A stretch of DNA of 64,000 bases from a virus. The stretch lies in IMG/VR virus record IMGVR_UViG_3300037427_004270. One strand, 5' to 3'. A program made the translations under genes and the position numbers. Position 1 is the stretch's first letter. Each line of letters opens with the position of its first letter. Below, piece by piece: positions 52,190 through 60,996 of the stretch. The notes under the pieces are model-generated. The model was not told the DNA's origin and searched no databases. It saw nothing but the letters and a program-made list of their open reading frames with translations.

Positions 52190-54052
52190 CTAAATTTCTT
52201 CGCCTGGGATCTCTTTCCCTGTGCCGCGAGTTCCGCCTGCTTCGTAAGATTTAACTTCTGTTTCGATCTTCTTTGCAACGTTGGCAGCGTTCTCTCTGGC
52301 TTTTTGCCCCTTGGCAATTGCCTTGTTTCTAGATGCATCCCCTTCAGGAGCAAAGAAGTATCCATTAACATTCTCCGACAGAGACTGGACCTCTTCGAAA
52401 ATTCCAGCTAAACTTTTCTCCAAAACATCAATATACCTCTCGGCCATTTTAAAAAGAGCATCGCCTGAATAGGGGAGCGTACCAATTGTCTCGTGGTCAA
52501 TGCCCCTTATACCTGGAAGCTGTGCTGTTGAGATGTTCCATTGTGTTCCGCCAGCGCCTTCGGTGAGGAGCTTTGTTTGTTCCTGGTGGTATTTCCAACT
52601 GGTTCTGTTCTCCTCCACGGTGTAATAGGTTTTGTCTTCCTGAACTATTTCTTCCTTTTTGTCCATCAAGGCGTTAAAGAGATCGGAGAACTTATTTATT
52701 TGCCCATTGTCGTAGTCTGCCTTAACTGGCCTCAAGTAACTTTTTTCGAATTTCCTCGTCATTTTGCCAAGGTTCTTCTGTAGTGGCTTTTCCCAATCTT
52801 TTAGCCCATCATAGGCAGTATTATAGAAGAGGGTTATATCCCGAACCAGCTTTAGTGTGCGAGAGTCCAGCATCTCCTCTTTGTCTCCAATGCCTCTCCA
52901 CAGATTCAAAAGTGGTTTTTCTACTCCCAGCTTTCGGCTAAAGTATATATCAAATTTTTCCGATCTTTCTGGTGCACCCCATCGGGTTGGATCATTAAAT
53001 GCAATATCAACGTTGCCAAAGTCGCGACCAGTTCCATCATCTTCAACATCGGCTTTGGTCTGCTCCTTGTCGCTTCTGGTGTATCCCTTTGTCATTTTCA
53101 AGAGAGCGTATGCACCTTCTTCATCCTTCGCTTCAATTGCTTTTTTGATCCTATTTATCATACCCTCGGCACTTCTTGCGAGTCTACCAGTCTTAGGGGC
53201 AAAGAGCTTGGCACCCGATGCAGAGAGTTTGCCCTCCTCAACATAGGCAATTGCGTTAATGAAGTTGTCCTTTCGAAGATCAAAAGACTCCAAAGACATT
53301 TCTTTTCCGTCCTTACGGGCGATCACATACAGCATTCCATTTGGCCAGTCTGTCCACAGGGCATCTACTAGGTTTGTATAACTCCCCTCGATGTCCGTTC
53401 CTTGACCAAGGAGTTTAAGGCTAACTGCTTTTTCACCCCCCGCTGCATTGATAGTGGTGAATGCAACCAAATCCTCAATAGGTAGGTTTCCCTTTTCCGA
53501 TCTTTCAGATCTTTGCTCGCCTTGAAAAAGTGCTGCCAAGAAGCCCTCGAAAACGAAACCTGCTGAAGCCTCGTTAAAACTTCTAATAACTGAAGTGAGT
53601 GACTCAAGAGCAATAAGGCCGGCCAAGATCTCTCTAACGCCGCCACGAGAACCAATAGTGCCTGTGGGGTTGTAAATAACCCTGTTAAAGTTTTTCAGCC
53701 GATCTGCCACTGTTGCTCCGCCACGAGACAAAGCTTTGAAGATACTATTAATCTGCTTTCTTTCCATAGACTTTGGGTCGCCCCAAGCTTCGGTGGGAGT
53801 ATACTTTGGGAGCGATAAAATAAACTGCTTTACCGCCTTTTTGCTCACCTTCTCCTTGGCTTCATTTTTGAGTTCTTCCGGCTCTTTTCTCCTGAACTTT
53901 GACTCCTTGGTGGAGTTCCACGTTTCATCAATAAGGGAGGGCATTTCGTCTATGATGCCTTCGATAAGCTCTTGAAGACCTGGGGTCGTTTCAGCGGTCT
54001 TTGTTTTCTTTTTGTTATCGTAATAATTTTTAATGTTCTTATCCCAACTCAT
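52190..54052 (-). CDS. putative virion protein with restriction-endonuclease-like (PD-(D/E)xK variant) core
   Basis: AGFVFEGFLAALFQG..PIEDL..AVSLKL; LxE/IxE-rich leader. Confidence 0.55.
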   Translation of the reverse strand: MSWDKNIKNYYDNKKKTKTAETTPGLQELIEGIIDEMPSLIDETWNSTKESKFRRKEPEELKNEAKEKVSKKAVKQFILSLPKYTPTEAWGDPKSMERKQINSIFKALSRGGATVADRLKNFNRVIYNPTGTIGSRGGVREILAGLIALESLTSVIRSFNEASAGFVFEGFLAALFQGEQRSERSEKGNLPIEDLVAFTTINAAGGEKAVSLKLLGQGTDIEGSYTNLVDALWTDWPNGMLYVIARKDGKEMSLESFDLRKDNFINAIAYVEEGKLSASGAKLFAPKTGRLARSAEGMINRIKKAIEAKDEEGAYALLKMTKGYTRSDKEQTKADVEDDGTGRDFGNVDIAFNDPTRWGAPERSEKFDIYFSRKLGVEKPLLNLWRGIGDKEEMLDSRTLKLVRDITLFYNTAYDGLKDWEKPLQKNLGKMTRKFEKSYLRPVKADYDNGQINKFSDLFNALMDKKEEIVQEDKTYYTVEENRTSWKYHQEQTKLLTEGAGGTQWNISTAQLPGIRGIDHETIGTLPYSGDALFKMAERYIDVLEKSLAGIFEEVQSLSENVNGYFFAPEGDASRNKAIAKGQKARENAANVAKKIETEVKSYEAGGTRGTGKEIPGEEI

Positions 54053-54065
54053 AGTTGTTCCTCAC

Positions 54066-54683
54066 TTACTTCTTGAATAGTTTTGAAAAGTCGAACCCCA
54101 AAGGGTCTGTTTTGTTTGATGAAATATGATAATGCCCAAGCACTCCCTTAAACTTCTGAGGGTCTTTGATTGTGCCCTTCCATGACGGAGTGATGATGGG
54201 AAGGCTGTAGTATCCACACAATGTCTGGACCAACGCCCTCAATGCCTCTTCTTGAATCGGATAAAAACCTAGACGGTCTGGGGCTTGTCTGCGATGTACT
54301 TTGTCTGCTTTCCATATTGGTCTTGGGTTTTCTTTGTTTTGGTATTTTAGGAATACAGGGTTTGCGACTTCAACACCGACACTCTGGGTGTTTACGCCAC
54401 GGGCATGCCAAGCAATATCATTGGCATCCATTAGCTGTATTATTGTGCCGTCCGTATCAATGCAAAAATGCACTGAAAGGCCACGGTTTGTAATTACTCG
54501 GTGGCACATCTCTGAATCTAGGCAGCCATCCCAATGTACAACAACACTTCTAACTCCTCTGTGGGAGTTTCTTTTTTTCATGTTGTCTTCTGGTAGTCCC
54601 CACTCTGGGTTTGTCTTGTAAGTTACGACCTTATCCCACTCTATGGATATTTCTTTGTCGTCAATGATAATAGAAGATTTCAT
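54066..54683 (-). CDS. N-acetylmuramoyl-L-alanine amidase (family 2)
   Basis: VVVHWD, SVHFCIDTDG, AWHARGVN, SVGVE, GHYHI..DP; start 54683 from GGAG RBS (54815 is an alternative). Confidence 0.88.
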   Translation of the reverse strand: MKSSIIIDDKEISIEWDKVVTYKTNPEWGLPEDNMKKRNSHRGVRSVVVHWDGCLDSEMCHRVITNRGLSVHFCIDTDGTIIQLMDANDIAWHARGVNTQSVGVEVANPVFLKYQNKENPRPIWKADKVHRRQAPDRLGFYPIQEEALRALVQTLCGYYSLPIITPSWKGTIKDPQKFKGVLGHYHISSNKTDPLGFDFSKLFKK

Positions 54684-54735
54684 TTCTTGTTCTCCGAGCA
54701 CTTCACTTGGTGTAGTATATAGTGCTTCAGAGCTT

Positions 54736-55083
54736 CTAATCGTTATTTTTGGTCTTTTTCTTGCGGGACTTATAATGCTTAGGAGGGTCCGTAGGAATGT
54801 AAACAATGTTTCCATCTTGCCACCTTATTTCTACTTTATCATCAAGAAACCTGTTGAGGTTCTTGAAGTGTCGGAGAATTTCACTCTCGGACATTTTCTT
54901 TCCTAGTCTGTTAGCGAGACAATGGCGGAGTACTGAATTTATTAGAAATGCTTTCTCGGCATGGTAGACTCCCATCTTAACATAGCAAAACCTTCTGTCT
55001 TCCATGAGCTTGTCAAGGAAGCTTTCTACCAGTTCAGTTTCATAGTTATCAGACTTCATCTCCATCGTGTTCCCTGCTATCAT
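54736..55083 (-). CDS. hypothetical protein
   Basis: 115 aa, AGGAG RBS, ACTATTTAC motif at 55114-55122. Confidence 0.65.
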   Translation of the reverse strand: MIAGNTMEMKSDNYETELVESFLDKLMEDRRFCYVKMGVYHAEKAFLINSVLRHCLANRLGKKMSESEILRHFKNLNRFLDDKVEIRWQDGNIVYIPTDPPKHYKSRKKKTKNND

Positions 55084-55483
55084 CTTTCTCCTGAAGCCTC
55101 TTGGCTTCTATAAGTAAATAGTAGGCATTAACGTTATTCATGGCTTCTTCCCATGTTCTGTGAGTAAATTCTCTACGAACGTGCTCCGGGAAGTTCTCAG
55201 AGATGATCTCGATTACCTTCTTCCTCCACTCGTTCAAGTCTCCACTGTCCTCGTTTTCATATAGCTTTAGAATCTCTTTGCTGTCGCCACGTTGAATACA
55301 ACGGTCGCGCAGACTTGTTAGCCTGGCTGTCACTCTCGTGTCAACCTCTCTTGCAAGATTGAGGGATTCCATCTCAAGTATGACGCCTATCTTGGCGAAA
55401 TACAACCCTATTCGTGATAGACTCTGCAACCAACTTAAAGTATATCCGATGAACAAACACAAGGCACATAATACAAATGTCAT
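55049..55483 (-). CDS. membrane-anchored hypothetical protein
   Basis: N-terminal TM FVLCALCLFIGYTLSWL; GGAG RBS. Confidence 0.6.
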   Translation of the reverse strand: MTFVLCALCLFIGYTLSWLQSLSRIGLYFAKIGVILEMESLNLAREVDTRVTARLTSLRDRCIQRGDSKEILKLYENEDSGDLNEWRKKVIEIISENFPEHVRREFTHRTWEEAMNNVNAYYLLIEAKRLQEKDDSREHDGDEV

Positions 55484-55557
55484 TTTAACTCCATAAAAAA
55501 AGCTCGCAATACTAACCATTGTAGCACTACGAGCTCAAAAAATTAAGGGAGCTTTTT

Positions 55558-56208
55558 TTATTTCTTAGAAGCCTTCGCCTCTTCTTTGAGAGCGGCGATA
55601 ACTTTAGCAACAATGTTTTCCATCATTGGGTCTGCTTCTTCTTTTACTTCTTCGGTGTCTTCTTCGACCTTCTCTTCCTCTAGGGGAAGTTCTTCGTCTC
55701 CAGGCTCACCTTCAGGAGCGTCCATGTCGTCAGGCATTTCCTCTTCTGGTTGTGCGTCTCCGAGAAGTTTTTGTAAAACAGCGGAAGCTTGTGATAGTGC
55801 TGCGATGTCTGCATCTGAAAGCTCGACAGTTTCGGACTCTTCGTCACCCATGTCGTCAACTACTTCTTCGTCATCCACAACTGGGTCTTCCATGGCAGGC
55901 TCTTCTTCGCCCATCTCGTATCCTTCGTCAGTGGTGTCTTCTTCGTTTACTTTCTCTTCGCTTTCTTCGACAGTCTCTTCAGATTCAGAAACTTCTTCTT
56001 CTTTAAGCTCGACTTCTTCGTCAATAGCTTCGTCTTTGGCTTCAGAAGTTGTCTCTTCTTCTTCCGTAATTTCTTCTTCTTTAATTTCTTCTTCTTCCTT
56101 AACGAACTTGTCGGCAACGAAGTTTTCAGAAAGGCTGTCAATGTTAGCAAGCGTCATAAAGCGACGAATAGTGCCTTCATTTAAAAGTTTTTCTTTTTTG
56201 TTAGTCAT
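55558..56208 (-). CDS. highly acidic prohead-core/scaffold-like protein
   Basis: Extremely Glu/Asp-rich; LLNEG and many (L/I/V)xE sites; late motif upstream. Confidence 0.6.
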   Translation of the reverse strand: MTNKKEKLLNEGTIRRFMTLANIDSLSENFVADKFVKEEEEIKEEEITEEEETTSEAKDEAIDEEVELKEEEVSESEETVEESEEKVNEEDTTDEGYEMGEEEPAMEDPVVDDEEVVDDMGDEESETVELSDADIAALSQASAVLQKLLGDAQPEEEMPDDMDAPEGEPGDEELPLEEEKVEEDTEEVKEEADPMMENIVAKVIAALKEEAKASKK

Positions 56209-56260
56209 TTCAAAGATCTCCCTTTTTGAGTTTTGTGGCCCACAGGGGGCAAAATACACC

Positions 56261-56270
56261 TATAAATAGT
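56261..56270 (-). promoter_or_regulatory. putative late-promoter motif ACTATTTATA
   Basis: Intergenic, upstream of the acidic protein. Confidence 0.6.
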
Positions 56271-56304
56271 GTTCAAAGTTAGTAAAAGTACTAAAAGTAA
56301 TAAT

Positions 56305-56610
56305 TTATTCTTCTGAAAATGCCTTATACATCTTTTGTATGGCGGTATTTTGTATTTGCAGTATTCTCACGTTGCTCAAGCCCCCTAGTCGAGATGCTGT
56401 TTCACTGAGCGTTAGTTTTTCGTTATTTTGAACCGATGCGTAAGCACAATTATAGTCCTTTTTGTATTTAATCCACCCTCGGCATGTCTTATTCGGACAC
56501 GCAGTATCGTATCTGTAGCACATGCGGGTACATTCTGGCACCTCAAAGTTGTCTATTAGCTTACTGTCGTTCGCCACCAACTCTTCGACAATGTTAAATT
56601 TATATTTCAT
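56305..56610 (-). CDS. Cys-rich protein with sigma70 region-4-like HTH
   Basis: CTRMC..CPNKTC..NC; LTLSETASRLGGLSNVRILQIQNTAIQKM. Confidence 0.7.
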   Translation of the reverse strand: MKYKFNIVEELVANDSKLIDNFEVPECTRMCYRYDTACPNKTCRGWIKYKKDYNCAYASVQNNEKLTLSETASRLGGLSNVRILQIQNTAIQKMYKAFSEE

Positions 56611-56965
56611 CTAAGTCCTCCTCCTCGTTGTCAATAAAATCATATATCTTTTCTAGCTCCTCTTCTGTCAAGCCATGCATAAACTTTCTGTGAATTTCTT
56701 TTCCCACTTCTCTCTCTTCGAGGGAGATCTTGCGATATTTAGGATAGTTCTGAATGTTCTTTATTTCCTTCATCTCTGCAACTATCTCCACTAGCCTTGG
56801 GTCGTCATCAATATAACTCTGAACCAACGTTCTCATGAACGTGCCAAAACCAACACCATCGAAGACCAGTTTGTTCTTGAGCTTTACATACATCTCGTCG
56901 AAAGACTGGAAGTATAACTTCTTTGGCATTTTAATGCGGCCATACTCTGGCTTCTTGTCAGTCAT
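56600..56965 (-). CDS. putative ribbon-helix-helix-like protein
   Basis: KKLYFQSFDEMYVKLK..FGTFMRTLVQSYI pattern. Confidence 0.45.
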   Translation of the reverse strand: MTDKKPEYGRIKMPKKLYFQSFDEMYVKLKNKLVFDGVGFGTFMRTLVQSYIDDDPRLVEIVAEMKEIKNIQNYPKYRKISLEEREVGKEIHRKFMHGLTEEELEKIYDFIDNEEEDLDEI

Positions 56966-57987
56966 CACTTCCATCCGTTATCCAAGATATGTGGCCGGCT
57001 CTCTGTTGTTCCAGCCCCTGTCTGTTGAACAAACTCAGCTGTCGTTTGTAGCTCTTTAATGTTCTTTGCCCCAGAATAAGACAGGCCACTTGCCACACCA
57101 GAAGCAAAATCTTTTATAATTTTTTCCACAGGCCCCTTGCATGGTACTCGATGCGACACACCCTCAACGACAGAAGTTTGGCCTCGCCAGTCTTTTTGTG
57201 CCTTTTCCGATGCCATGCCGCGCAACTCCTTATATGACTTGCCCTTCCTATCCTTTTTACGCTTCCCAGGAGCCTCGTCAGTCCCCGCTAGCAGCGAGCC
57301 TACCATCACAACGTCGGCACCTGCCGCAAGAGCTTTAACGGCGTCTCCGGAGCTCCTAATGCCACCGTCAGCAACGATGGTAAGTCCAGTGTCTGCTGCA
57401 GCACATTCTTGCACCGCTGTAAAGTTTGGCATGCCATGCCCAGTAACAATTCTAGTAGAACAACAACTGCCGCCGCCAATGCCAACCCGAACAGAGTCTG
57501 CCCCCCATTCCTGCAGGTCTTCGCATGCAAGAGCGGTAGCAACATTGCCTGCCATGACGTGTACGTTGTTGTGGAAAATAGCCTTCAAGTCTGTGATGGC
57601 CTTCTTTACATGGAGGTGATGTCCGTGAGCAGTGTCGATACAAAAGAACTCACATCCAATAGTAAACAAAGCCTCGGCTCGCTCCATGAAGTCTCCGGTA
57701 GCACCGATAGCTACGCCGCATTCTGCGTTCGCCTCGCGCACGTCGCCAAACATCGCCACCTGTTCTTCAATGCTGTTATAGCGATGTAAGATACCGATGG
57801 CTCCATTTAGATATAGTGCCTTTGCCATGTCAACTCCGCACACGGTATCCATGGGTGCGGCTATCAATGGCACGTCCAACTTGGTGTACTTATCCATCGT
57901 GGCAGACACGTCAACCTTTGTGCGAGTCTTTATTTTACTATACTTTGGTACGATTAACACGTCATCGTATGACAAACCCAACTTCAT
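56965..57987 (-). CDS. IMP dehydrogenase / GMP reductase family protein lacking CBS domains
   Basis: LSYDDVLIVP, IAAPMDTV, IDTAHGH, GNVAT, GIGGGSCCSTR, DGGIR, RGMAS, LSYSGA. Confidence 0.92.
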   Translation of the reverse strand: MKLGLSYDDVLIVPKYSKIKTRTKVDVSATMDKYTKLDVPLIAAPMDTVCGVDMAKALYLNGAIGILHRYNSIEEQVAMFGDVREANAECGVAIGATGDFMERAEALFTIGCEFFCIDTAHGHHLHVKKAITDLKAIFHNNVHVMAGNVATALACEDLQEWGADSVRVGIGGGSCCSTRIVTGHGMPNFTAVQECAAADTGLTIVADGGIRSSGDAVKALAAGADVVMVGSLLAGTDEAPGKRKKDRKGKSYKELRGMASEKAQKDWRGQTSVVEGVSHRVPCKGPVEKIIKDFASGVASGLSYSGAKNIKELQTTAEFVQQTGAGTTESRPHILDNGWK

Positions 57988-58036
57988 ATGCTGTCCTTTA
58001 GAAAAAAATTTGGGGCGATTTCGGCGGCGCAAGCGC

Positions 58037-58345
58037 CTAAGCCTCTAATAATACCCACCGCTCGGAAAACCCGCCTCGGTCGCGGCGCTTCTTGAGGCGC
58101 TCGTCGTCGAGGTCGGCCTGAGTATATCCAAGTTCAAACGCGAGGGTGAGGATGACCTCGTGGATATCCGCCAACTCCTCAATGCTCGGATCTGTCAAGA
58201 ACTCTGCCACTTCTTCGACAAGCTTATTTCTCAAACAATAAAAATACTCTCTATCGCTTTTCGCTTTTTTAAGAAAAAAATCACCTCCCTCTTTTTGCAA
58301 TATGTCGGGAATGCCATCCCGAACAAGTTTATTGTACTTTTTCAT
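58037..58345 (-). CDS. MazG-like nucleoside-triphosphate pyrophosphohydrolase
   Basis: YNKLVRDGIP, KLVEEVAEF, EELADIHEV, KRRDRGGF. Confidence 0.85.
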   Translation of the reverse strand: MKKYNKLVRDGIPDILQKEGGDFFLKKAKSDREYFYCLRNKLVEEVAEFLTDPSIEELADIHEVILTLAFELGYTQADLDDERLKKRRDRGGFSERWVLLEA

Positions 58346-58830
58346 TGGGCACCACCGTCAGTGCTACCAAGAGCTCCTTCACCACGCTCTGAGATGGTGA
58401 TAGGGTACCAATCATATGGCTCTGCATTTGTCTCCAGGGCTCGGAAGTGGACCACGGGAATCATCACTGCTTGTGCAATCTTGGTTCCTGGCTCTACAAC
58501 TTGCGTCTTTTTGCCAATGTTGTGGATATTAACAAAGACCTCTCCGTCGTAGCCACTGTCAACAACGCATGCACCGACAACAAGGCTTCTCTTAGAAGCA
58601 ACGCTACTACGGTTCTTGATCTCCAGCATATAGCCATGAGGGACACCAAAGCGATAGCCAGTCTGCAGTAACACACTGTCTCCAGGCTCGATAGTAACTG
58701 CATCGCGCTCAGGGTGAGGAAGCAAGCCCTCATACCCAGGGTTGAAATACAAGTCTAAGCCTGCGTCGCTTGGGTTTGAACGAGTTGGTGGTTTAATGTT
58801 CTCTCGAACTCTTTTCATTTCAATAATCAT
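58342..58830 (-). CDS. dut: trimeric dUTPase
   Basis: AGLDLY, NRSS, VVDSGYDGEV, KIAQAV, RGEGALGST. Confidence 0.95.
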   Translation of the reverse strand: MIIEMKRVRENIKPPTRSNPSDAGLDLYFNPGYEGLLPHPERDAVTIEPGDSVLLQTGYRFGVPHGYMLEIKNRSSVASKRSLVVGACVVDSGYDGEVFVNIHNIGKKTQVVEPGTKIAQAVMIPVVHFRALETNAEPYDWYPITISERGEGALGSTDGGAQ

Positions 58831-59897
58831 TTTAACTCCTTTTCGATAACAATGACGAACTCAACGTTCTTCTTTTTCTTGGCCTTCTCAGCCTTGTCTC
58901 CGCCTGCACCAATTCTGGACATGACGTGACGATCATGAATCTTTGAATGGACTTTGTAACTCTTGTACTGCTCGCAAAGACCAATCATTTCCTCGTAAGA
59001 GATAAGACCTTCGTCGCTATAAGAGAATACACAATACTGAACTGGCAGTCTGTCTACCAGCTTCTTGGTTGCATCCAATGCTCCCTTTGCGGAATACCAA
59101 GGACTGGCCATATTCATATCTCTCTTCTCTCCGGACTTAACCCTGTCAATGCGTCTATTTGTTTTTAGCCCGACCTCTGGCTTGTCCCACTTAGTAATGC
59201 TATCCCATATGTGATAGTAAGTGGAGTAATCAGCCGCAGTGTATGGCGGGTCAATGTACGCAATTGATGCTTCTGGATATTCCAACAGCAAGGCATCGCC
59301 AGTGAGGTGTTCTCCGGTTGGCCCTGGGACAGTTTGCAACATCTTGAACCTCATATCTTCGCTGGAGCGGGTACTCTTCCACTCTTTCAAGTATGCTTGC
59401 TGCAGGCCAACAGTGTTGTCAACCTTATCAAGAGCAAATATAATGCAAGCAATAAGATAGTGCTTATCAACGTCTGAGATGTCTAGTGACTCAACATAGT
59501 CTCTGGCTGCATCTGCTCTCATACCGTTCTTCTTTTTCCATACCCGGACAACATTATCGTTGCCGTCCTTCGACAAGACGTCACAGTAGTTATCTGTTAG
59601 CCAGCCTGCAGTGGGCTCGATCTTGTTCATGATGTCGATGTGCTCTTCGAGATGGCTCATGTTACCATTGTTGCAAATGAAAGCCTTGCTGTATGCTTCG
59701 GTAGCCCAAGCCATGTCGCTGGTCGTTACCTTGTAGCCAAGCTTCTTGAAAGTCTGAGCTACTCTGGTCGTGCCTGCGAACACATCTATTAATGTTTTAT
59801 CTTTTACCTCTAGTCCCTCAATAACTTCTGCAATGAGGGGCATGATCTTGTTCTTTGAGCCGAGGTATCGAACTCCGTATGTTGTGTAATCAGTCAT
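58827..59897 (-). CDS. N6-adenine DNA methyltransferase (D12 class, FokI/NlaIII-like)
   Basis: RYLGSK, DVFAGT (motif I), YIDPPY (motif IV), FSYSDEG. Confidence 0.92.
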   Translation of the reverse strand: MTDYTTYGVRYLGSKNKIMPLIAEVIEGLEVKDKTLIDVFAGTTRVAQTFKKLGYKVTTSDMAWATEAYSKAFICNNGNMSHLEEHIDIMNKIEPTAGWLTDNYCDVLSKDGNDNVVRVWKKKNGMRADAARDYVESLDISDVDKHYLIACIIFALDKVDNTVGLQQAYLKEWKSTRSSEDMRFKMLQTVPGPTGEHLTGDALLLEYPEASIAYIDPPYTAADYSTYYHIWDSITKWDKPEVGLKTNRRIDRVKSGEKRDMNMASPWYSAKGALDATKKLVDRLPVQYCVFSYSDEGLISYEEMIGLCEQYKSYKVHSKIHDRHVMSRIGAGGDKAEKAKKKKNVEFVIVIEKELK

Positions 59898-60853
59898 TGT
59901 TTCTCCTGTTGCAGACGTAACTCTGCATCTGTATATCCGTCACCAACCGCCTGTGTACCACCGCCGCGCTTGGTCTGTGGTTTAAAGTTGATATTATCGC
60001 ATATCTTCTTCTTGTTGTCAAGGCTAATATCATTTATCACGCAAACAGAAATGCCTTGCTCGTGTGGTTTAAAGAACATTAGGGTATCAAAGCCATCAAT
60101 GAGTTTGTATTTTCTCATTATCTCAAAGCCGACGGCTTGCTTCCTCTCGTGAATTTTCTCTTTCATGGGAAGTTTTACAGTCTCTGCATAACACCCAATG
60201 ATACGCTGTTCCGCTGCATCGTCAAGCTCGTAAACACACTCCAGCATCTTTTCTACCAACGAGATGTCATCAGTCTCGAATTGAGCTGCAGAGCCCCTCA
60301 CCTTTCTTCGGCCTGGGTAGTATTCATCGAGATAGGCGTCGAGGGCTCGGAGAGATGCATCTGATGTTCCCTTCAATGTTGCGTTGCCTGCCTTCACTTC
60401 GATGTGACGGTTTTTGTCTTCGGTGGAAACGCTAACATCTTCATCCCCAATGGAGGGGACTGCACCTTTCAGGATCATTAAGGAGAGAAGCTCTGCCTTT
60501 CCCTTCCCTTTGTTTGATATCTCTAGCATTGTATATCGAAACTTTTTGAAAGTTTCGTTCTCCCGCAAGATATGGCCCTTGGGAAAAATGTCGAGTATTT
60601 CGAATCTCTCAACTGCTCCGGTTGGCAGGTCTGCCAGATTTTCCTCGTCAAGCAGTGCCCTTAGCATTTCAAACCCGTCGTAAGTCTTGCAATGGATGGC
60701 AAAGGCGGTGTTGTAGATCGCATCCTCAATCTTGGCCTGCAGGCTTTCTGAGCCTGACAGGGCTACCATCTTGTCCACCAGTGGCTTAGCTGCTGCGTAC
60801 CAGGCGTTTGAGTGCTCTTCTAAGAAGTTCTTTTGTTCTGTGTTTAATAACAT
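59894..60853 (-). CDS. putative PD-(D/E)xK endonuclease
   Basis: GKGKAEL..GDEDV..HIEVKAG; ATGA overlap with the MTase. Confidence 0.55.
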   Translation of the reverse strand: MLLNTEQKNFLEEHSNAWYAAAKPLVDKMVALSGSESLQAKIEDAIYNTAFAIHCKTYDGFEMLRALLDEENLADLPTGAVERFEILDIFPKGHILRENETFKKFRYTMLEISNKGKGKAELLSLMILKGAVPSIGDEDVSVSTEDKNRHIEVKAGNATLKGTSDASLRALDAYLDEYYPGRRKVRGSAAQFETDDISLVEKMLECVYELDDAAEQRIIGCYAETVKLPMKEKIHERKQAVGFEIMRKYKLIDGFDTLMFFKPHEQGISVCVINDISLDNKKKICDNINFKPQTKRGGGTQAVGDGYTDAELRLQQEKQ

Positions 60854-60862
60854 ACTCTACTC

Positions 60863-60988
60863 CTACTCTTTGTCTTTCTTCTCGTTAATCTTGTCAATAG
60901 TATAAAGGACTCCGAATGTTATCCCCGTTACGATCACAAAGTTTATTGCTGTGACTACCATAAGGTCGCCTAAGAATGCAAAACTCAT
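60863..60988 (-). CDS. small membrane protein (41 aa)
   Basis: Manual translation MSFAFLGDLMVVTAINFVIVTGITFGVLYTIDKINEKKDKE; AGGAG RBS. Confidence 0.6.
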   Translation of the reverse strand: MSFAFLGDLMVVTAINFVIVTGITFGVLYTIDKINEKKDKE

Positions 60989-60996
60989 ACTCTCTC

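Noticed and set aside
54684-54815. N-terminal extension of the amidase given by the ORF track
   Set aside because: It overlaps the upstream gene by 80 nt; a GGAG SD and a late-motif variant support the start at 54683.
55586-56269. 227-aa Ser-rich + strand ORF
   Set aside because: Mirror of the GAA-rich acidic gene on the minus strand.
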